Positions 58,650 to 64,000 of a stretch of DNA of 64,000 nucleotides are shown piece after piece. The DNA comes from an uncultured Nautiliales bacterium. Lineage in GTDB: Bacteria; Campylobacterota; Campylobacteria; Campylobacterales; Nautiliaceae. The translations under genes and the position numbers were made by a program. The stretch covers positions 19,441-83,440 of the forward strand of contig CAYPHV010000001.1 in NCBI GenBank assembly GCA_964410645.1, written 5' to 3'. The notes under the pieces are model-generated. The model was not told the origin of the DNA. It worked only from the letters and a program-made list of their open reading frames with translations, and did not search any database. The first letter of the stretch is position 1. Every line of letters begins with the position of its first letter.

Positions 58650-58654
58650 AAAAA

Positions 58655-58891
58655 TTACGCTTTTTTAGCTTTTTCTATATAATCTACAACGTCTTGAACG
58701 GTTTGAATTTTTTCAGCTTCACTGTCAGGAATTTCAATTTCAAATTTTTCTTCCAAAGCCATAATCATTTCAACAACGTCTAAACTGTCTGCACCTAAAT
58801 CTTCTACAAATTTGGCTTCAGGTTTTACCTCATCGGGACTTACGTTTAATTGCTCAACTATTACTTCTTTTACTTCATCATATAATGCCAT
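58655..58891 (-). CDS. acpP: Acyl carrier protein
   Basis: [19 protein letters not shown] carries the phosphopantetheine Ser motif; 78 aa. Confidence 0.97.
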   Translation of the reverse strand: MALYDEVKEVIVEQLNVSPDEVKPEAKFVEDLGADSLDVVEMIMALEEKFEIEIPDSEAEKIQTVQDVVDYIEKAKKA

Positions 58892-58949
58892 TATTTCTCC
58901 TTTTGTTTTTATTTTAACATTTTATCAAAATTTTTTTATTTCTTGCAAA

Positions 58950-59693
58950 TCACATATACATACCGCCATTTATTTTTAATGTTTCTCCTGTAATATAACT
59001 TGCTTCATCACTCAATAAAAACGCTACTGCCGCTGCCACTTCCCGCGGTTCGGCCAATCTTTTCAAAGGTATTTTTGCAATTAATTCATTTTTTACTTTT
59101 TCCGGTAAATTTTTTGTCATATCCGTATTAATAAAACCCGGGGCCACACTGTTAAATCTGATATTTCTCGCAGCGCCTTCAATAGCAAATGTTTTTGTCA
59201 TAGAAATTATCCCGCCTTTACTTGCAACATAATTTGCCTGCCCCATATTTCCACTTTCTGCTACTATGCTCGCCACATTTACCACAGCACCGAATCTTTT
59301 TTTGCCCATCACTTTCAAAGATTCTCTGCATCCCACAAAAGCGGATACCAAATTGGCATCAATAACTTTTTTAAAATCATCTACGCTCATTCTCATAGCA
59401 AGTTTGTCATTTGTAATTCCTGCATTATTTACCAAATAACCAAGCTCCCCGTCACTGTCTATTACAGTTTTGACGGCGTCTATAAAAGCCTCTTCGCAAC
59501 TTGCGTCAAATCCGATGACAGCAGCGCTTCCGCCCGCATTTTCAATTTCTTCTTTTAATTTATCCGCAAGAGACGCGCTGCTTTTGTAATTAATCCATAC
59601 TTTTACACCGTTTTTCGCCAAAAATCTTGCAATTTCAGCACCAATTCCTCTACTGGCACCCGTTATTAACGCATTTTTACCTTTAAACGTCAT
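58950..59693 (-). CDS. fabG: 3-oxoacyl-ACP reductase FabG
   Basis: ALITGASRGIG, NNAGI, the YVASKGG catalytic Tyr-x3-Lys, and PGFINTDM. I place the start at MTFKGK (CAT 59691-59693); the track ORF has 7 extra codons. Confidence 0.93.
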   Translation of the reverse strand: MTFKGKNALITGASRGIGAEIARFLAKNGVKVWINYKSSASLADKLKEEIENAGGSAAVIGFDASCEEAFIDAVKTVIDSDGELGYLVNNAGITNDKLAMRMSVDDFKKVIDANLVSAFVGCRESLKVMGKKRFGAVVNVASIVAESGNMGQANYVASKGGIISMTKTFAIEGAARNIRFNSVAPGFINTDMTKNLPEKVKNELIAKIPLKRLAEPREVAAAVAFLLSDEASYITGETLKINGGMYM

Positions 59694-59736
59694 TTCATTC
59701 CTTTTTTGATACAATTTTATCTAAAAAAGGCATTAA

Positions 59737-60792
59737 ATGTTATATTTTTTATATTATCACTATGGAATTAATTTATTTCATTATATTTCAGTACGCTCAA
59801 TTATCGCTTTTTTCCTGGCATTTTTCTTAACATTATATATACTCCCGAAATTCATAAACTGGGCAAAAGGAAAAATTACCCAACCGATATATGATTTAGC
59901 ACCTAAAAATCATCAAATCAAAAGTAAAACTCCGACAATGGGAGGCGTAATTTTTATATTAAGCACAATTTTTTCAGCATTAATAACCGCTAAATTAAAT
60001 TTTTACGTTATACTGAGTATTATTACGTCTATTTTATTTATGTGTATCGGGATGATAGATGATATGGGCAAAATATTGAAAAAAGACAATCATGCGGGGC
60101 TTAGACCAAAACAAAAATTTATATTGCAGACAATTATGGGTTTAATTGTTTCGTTTATTTTGTATTTTCATCATTTTGATACAAATTTTTACATCCCTTT
60201 TTATAAACATCCGTTATTTAATATGTATTTTTTTGCACCGTTTTTTTGGACATTTGTAACAGTGGGTATGAGCAATGCCGTAAATCTTACGGACGGACTG
60301 GACGGACTGGCTACAATGCCGGGTATTTTAGCTCTTTTTACATTAAGTATTTTTTTATATTTAATGGGAAATGCGATTTTCAGCAGATATCTGTTTTTAC
60401 CGTATGAATTCGGCATCGGGGAAGTTGTAGTTGTGGCGGCTGCTTTAATGGGGTCTCTTTTGGGCTTTTTGTGGTACAATGCAAATCCTGCGGAAGTTTT
60501 TATGGGGGATAGCGGAAGTTTAAGTATAGGAGCCGTAATCGCTTTCTTGGCTATTATTACAAAAAATGAAATTTCACTGTTTTTTATAGGATTTATTTTT
60601 ATAATGGAAACTTTTTCTGTAATATTACAGGTAAGTTCTTTCAAAACAACAGGCAAAAGAATGTTTTTAATGGCGCCCGTTCATCATCATTTTGAAAAAC
60701 TCGGATGGATAGAAAATAAAGTTACAATAAGATTCTGGATTATCGCATTTATTATGAATATGATAGCAATTTTAAGCATAAAAATAAGATAA
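59737..60792 (+). CDS. mraY: Phospho-N-acetylmuramoyl-pentapeptide transferase MraY
   Basis: KTPTMGGVIF, NAVNLTDGLDGLA, FMGDSGSL and APVHHHFE motifs. Confidence 0.96.
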   Translation: MLYFLYYHYGINLFHYISVRSIIAFFLAFFLTLYILPKFINWAKGKITQPIYDLAPKNHQIKSKTPTMGGVIFILSTIFSALITAKLNFYVILSIITSILFMCIGMIDDMGKILKKDNHAGLRPKQKFILQTIMGLIVSFILYFHHFDTNFYIPFYKHPLFNMYFFAPFFWTFVTVGMSNAVNLTDGLDGLATMPGILALFTLSIFLYLMGNAIFSRYLFLPYEFGIGEVVVVAAALMGSLLGFLWYNANPAEVFMGDSGSLSIGAVIAFLAIITKNEISLFFIGFIFIMETFSVILQVSSFKTTGKRMFLMAPVHHHFEKLGWIENKVTIRFWIIAFIMNMIAILSIKIR

Positions 60793-60801
60793 AGGAACTT
60801 A

Positions 60802-61722
60802 ATGGAAGAGATAAAAATGGATAATGAAAGATTAAAAAGCGAAATCAAAGTGTATAAATTAAAAGCTTTGAAAGAAAAAATAGTTCTTTTTGGTGTAATG
60901 TTGCTGGTACTGGCTGAAATTTTAGCTCTGCTAATCGTTTTTAAAAAAACCGTTTTGCCAAAAACAGCTGTCACAAAACCGTATATCGCTGTTATAAATA
61001 TCAATAAAACAATTACTGTTGCTTATATAAACGCACTTACAAACACTATGAACAAATTAAAAAAAGACAAACACTGCAAAGAGTATCTGCTTATTTTCAA
61101 TACACCCGGCGGAAGCCCCAGCGCAAGCGATGAGTTCAACGCATATTTGAGATATATTAATAAAATTAAAAAAGTAAACGTATATGTGGAAAGTATGGCG
61201 GCAAGCGGAGGATATTATATAATAAGCGCCATAAAACCTATTATCGCGAATAAAAATGCGGTTGTGGGCAGTATAGGCGTTATTATGCCCCATTTTGTGC
61301 TTAAAAAACTGGCTGACAAAATAGGCGTAAGTGAAGATTCCTTAACTATGGGAAAATACAAAGAACCTGTTTCGTTTTTCAAAAAATTTTCACCGCAGGA
61401 TAAAAAATATTTAATTAATCATTTATTGCTGCCTACATATGAAAATTTTATAAAAACAGTAAGCAAAGACAGAAATATCCCTGTTAATACAGTTAAAAAA
61501 TATGCCGACGGAAAAGTATATATAGCAAACCAGGTAAAAGGAATTTTGGTAGACAAAATTTCTAATTTAATAACATTAAAAGAAAATATTAAAAAGAAAT
61601 ATCACGGAAATATCAAATTTGTTAATATTTCGCCTGAAAAGAAAAAAATAGCTTTTTTTAATATAAAATTATCCAGTGAATTTGGAAACGCTTTAAACAA
61701 AGCCATGCAATTTTTTAAATAA
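60802..61722 (+). CDS. sppA: Signal peptide peptidase SppA, 36K type (S49 family)
   Basis: N-terminal TM, INTPGGSPSASDE, catalytic-Ser context SMAASGGYYI, and GSIGV. Confidence 0.85.
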   Translation: MEEIKMDNERLKSEIKVYKLKALKEKIVLFGVMLLVLAEILALLIVFKKTVLPKTAVTKPYIAVININKTITVAYINALTNTMNKLKKDKHCKEYLLIFNTPGGSPSASDEFNAYLRYINKIKKVNVYVESMAASGGYYIISAIKPIIANKNAVVGSIGVIMPHFVLKKLADKIGVSEDSLTMGKYKEPVSFFKKFSPQDKKYLINHLLLPTYENFIKTVSKDRNIPVNTVKKYADGKVYIANQVKGILVDKISNLITLKENIKKKYHGNIKFVNISPEKKKIAFFNIKLSSEFGNALNKAMQFFK

Positions 61723-61743
61723 AACAAAAAGCGGGAAAAGACA

Positions 61744-62913
61744 ATGAACAAAAGCCTTTTTGGTTACGGAATTACAACAAAAGAAATAGCAAAAACAGGA
61801 AACTGGCACATTTATGATGACAAATTCATTCAATCGGGTTTTGACAAATATGGCAACAAACTTTTGCCTGCATCTCTTTTTAACCCGGAAAAATCACAGC
61901 TTGAAATAACCTCTCCTGGAATTCCGCCCGGGCATCCTTTGATCAAGTCGGCTAAACATTTAATAAGCGAACTCGATTATTATTATAATCCCGATATTTT
62001 TCAAATATGGATTACAGGCACAAACGGTAAAACCACTACCACTGAAATGATTCATTATCTTTTAAAAACAGGCGAAATCGGCGGAAATATAGGAATACCG
62101 CTTGGAAAACTCGATAAAAACAAAAAATGGATTATTGAAGTCAGTTCTTTTCAACTGTATTACACAAAATATGCAAAGCCAAATATTTTTGTAATACTTC
62201 CTATTGAAGAAGACCACATTTCATGGCATGGAAATTTTGAATCATATAAAAAAGCAAAGTTATCACCAGTTAAAAGAATGAGCAAAAGAGATATAGTTAT
62301 TATGCCAAAAAATCTGGATATCAAAACAGACGCTTTTAAAATTCTTTATGAAAACGAAAAAGATTTAATAAAATATTTTGGCATAAAAACAACAAATTTC
62401 AACCCTCCTTTTTTATTGGATGAAATATTGGCAAAAGCCGTTTTAAAAATTCTGACATTCAAAGACACATCTCTAAAAAACTTCGCCATAGACCCGCATA
62501 AGCTTGAAGAATTAAAAGATAAACGAAACAGAATCTGGATTGACGATTCCAAAGCAACAAATATAGACGCCGCTTTTAATGCGCTGAAAAGATACAAAAA
62601 TAAAAAAATACATTTAATTATAGGAGGAGACGATAAAGCCCAGCATTTTGAAGAATTATTCGAATATATGAAGAATTTAAACATCAAACTTTATATTATA
62701 GGCAAAAAAAGAGATAATTTTATCCGTCTTGCCGGAAAATTCAATATAGATTATGAAGACTCAAAACTGTTGGACAAAGCTGTTTATCTGATTGACAAAT
62801 ATTTAAAAGAAGATGAAATCGCCCTGCTAAGTCCCGCGTGTGCAAGTTTGGATCAGTTCAAAAATTATAAACAAAGAGGGGAAAAGTTTAAACAATGTAT
62901 AAATTCTTTATAA
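61744..62913 (+). CDS. murD: UDP-N-acetylmuramoylalanine-D-glutamate ligase MurD
   Basis: ITGTNGKTTTTEMI P-loop, DDSKATN, and LLSPACASLDQFKNYKQRG. Confidence 0.9.
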   Translation: MNKSLFGYGITTKEIAKTGNWHIYDDKFIQSGFDKYGNKLLPASLFNPEKSQLEITSPGIPPGHPLIKSAKHLISELDYYYNPDIFQIWITGTNGKTTTTEMIHYLLKTGEIGGNIGIPLGKLDKNKKWIIEVSSFQLYYTKYAKPNIFVILPIEEDHISWHGNFESYKKAKLSPVKRMSKRDIVIMPKNLDIKTDAFKILYENEKDLIKYFGIKTTNFNPPFLLDEILAKAVLKILTFKDTSLKNFAIDPHKLEELKDKRNRIWIDDSKATNIDAAFNALKRYKNKKIHLIIGGDDKAQHFEELFEYMKNLNIKLYIIGKKRDNFIRLAGKFNIDYEDSKLLDKAVYLIDKYLKEDEIALLSPACASLDQFKNYKQRGEKFKQCINSL

Positions 62914-63803
62914 TTATTTTTACTTTTTTTATCACTGGATGTTCACTCAAAATAAACCCTGATGAATATAATCCCGCTCCCGCTCCAAAAGCACAGATTT
63001 TACCTACAAAACGGGAAATAAACTTTAAACCCAATATTATTATATATTCCAAAAACACCGATTACAGCTATGCCAAAAACCGGCTTTCTTTATATTTAAG
63101 CAATTCCAAACTGGTAAATATTTTAGACAGACACGACAGTGTCAAGGACGAAATAAAGCTTGCCGAACAAGCAAAACTAAACGGCAGCAACTTAAATCAA
63201 GCGGATTACATTTTATTCATTAAAATTACTTCCACTACATATAACAATAAATATATCCCGCCAGAATATTATAAAGACAAAAAAGGAAAAATTCATAAAA
63301 TCCCAGGATATTTCAAATATACAGGGTGTATTGACGGATTTATTCAAATTTATTCCGTTATACCTTATGAAATAAAAAAAATAATATATTTAAATGACTG
63401 CGAATCAACAACCAGCAGCGATTATCAGAACTACAGAAATTACATAATTACAAATGCCATAATAAATTCCATCGATGCAAAAAAAGACAAAATTTTTAGA
63501 TTTTTTTCTCCCAAAGGATTTATTTTCGAAATTAGAAAAAACGGAAATTATATCATCCATACAACACTCGGAAGCAAAAACGGAGCGAAAAAAGAGGAAA
63601 GGGTATATATTTATACACGAAAAAAAACAGATTTTTTCAATACACCGAAAATTGAAGAAATCAAAATTGGAGAAGGAATAATCAGCAATATAGTACACGA
63701 AAACGATTCCTGGATAATTGTAAAAAAATTAACAAAACCTTTACACATAGGAGATTATGTAAAAATGAATTACAAACACAGTTTTTGGGATATTTTTAGA
63801 TGA
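62895..63803 (+). CDS. Lipoprotein with a CsgG/LpoB/FlgO-like (TolB-N-like) N-domain and a beta-rich C-domain
   Basis: Lipobox FITGCS. LVNILDRHDSVKDEIKLAEQAKLNGSNLNQADYILFIKITS follows the v.v.eR..l..i..E..l..sg....ad.il.G.i pattern of that fold family. It overlaps murD by 19 nt. Confidence 0.5.
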   Translation: MYKFFIIIFTFFITGCSLKINPDEYNPAPAPKAQILPTKREINFKPNIIIYSKNTDYSYAKNRLSLYLSNSKLVNILDRHDSVKDEIKLAEQAKLNGSNLNQADYILFIKITSTTYNNKYIPPEYYKDKKGKIHKIPGYFKYTGCIDGFIQIYSVIPYEIKKIIYLNDCESTTSSDYQNYRNYIITNAIINSIDAKKDKIFRFFSPKGFIFEIRKNGNYIIHTTLGSKNGAKKEERVYIYTRKKTDFFNTPKIEEIKIGEGIISNIVHENDSWIIVKKLTKPLHIGDYVKMNYKHSFWDIFR

Positions 63804-64000
63804 GATATCTGATATTTTCATTTTTATTTTTACTGGCAGGATGCGGCACTAAACCGGATATCCCCAAATGGTATTTAAAAACGCATCAAAGCAATAATAC
63901 GTTTTTTTATGCTTCGGGAGAGGGAAAAACACAAAAAGACGCAGTAAAAGATGCATTAAGCAATATATCAGGCAAAATTTATATTAAAATACAATCAAAT
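63800..64000 (+). CDS. LPP20/FlgP-family lipoprotein, N-terminal 67 codons (runs off the window end)
   Basis: Absent from the ORF track because it is open at the window edge. Its ATG overlaps the upstream stop (ATGA). My translation is MRYLIFSFLFLLAGCGTKPDIPKWYLKTHQSNNTFFYASGEGKTQKDAVKDALSNISGKIYIKIQSN, showing a lipobox LAGC and an LPP20-like P.W....G.G......A...AL..is..i motif. Confidence 0.6.
   Translation, partial: MRYLIFSFLFLLAGCGTKPDIPKWYLKTHQSNNTFFYASGEGKTQKDAVKDALSNISGKIYIKIQSN

Overview
This is a visibly AT-rich, very gene-dense chromosomal segment. I count about 76 CDS and one ncRNA (RNase P RNA). I saw no tRNA, rRNA, CRISPR array, IS element or prophage.

Gene content and synteny point to a Campylobacterota genome. 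The supporting blocks are fmt-birA-parAB-atpF'FHAGDC-tolQR-tolA-like-tolB-pal-ybgF-slyD, motAB-fliP, CheX-like-fliN-fliO, and an RND pump in OMP-MFP-RND (CmeDEF) order. The K/E/I-rich proteins suggest a thermophilic Nautiliales-like organism, but that is inference only.

Most of the window is core housekeeping:
- Cell envelope: glmU, uppS, mraY, murD, tol-pal, lepB, sppA.
- Energy: F1Fo ATPase.
- Translation and tRNA: glyS, fmt, truA, trmA, mnmG.
- Fatty acid synthesis: accA, fabF, acpP, fabG.
- Repair and phosphate: uvrA, and a pst / phoU-like / two-component phosphate locus.

The least ordinary part is 45.2-55.9 kb. A TetR-RND efflux operon there and a following 7-gene operon carry the same promoter-plus-palindrome module. 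The 7-gene operon encodes two rhodaneses, a CxxC-less thioredoxin-fold protein, a TSUP/TauE permease, two orphan small proteins and ChrA. It is followed by a separately promoted DUF134 regulator and a NifX-like protein with a repetitive GRGLG/YDRDY tail. I rank these as the best candidates for an undescribed sulfur or oxyanion stress system.

Every functional call rests on my own reading of the translated ORFs and the DNA. No database search was run.
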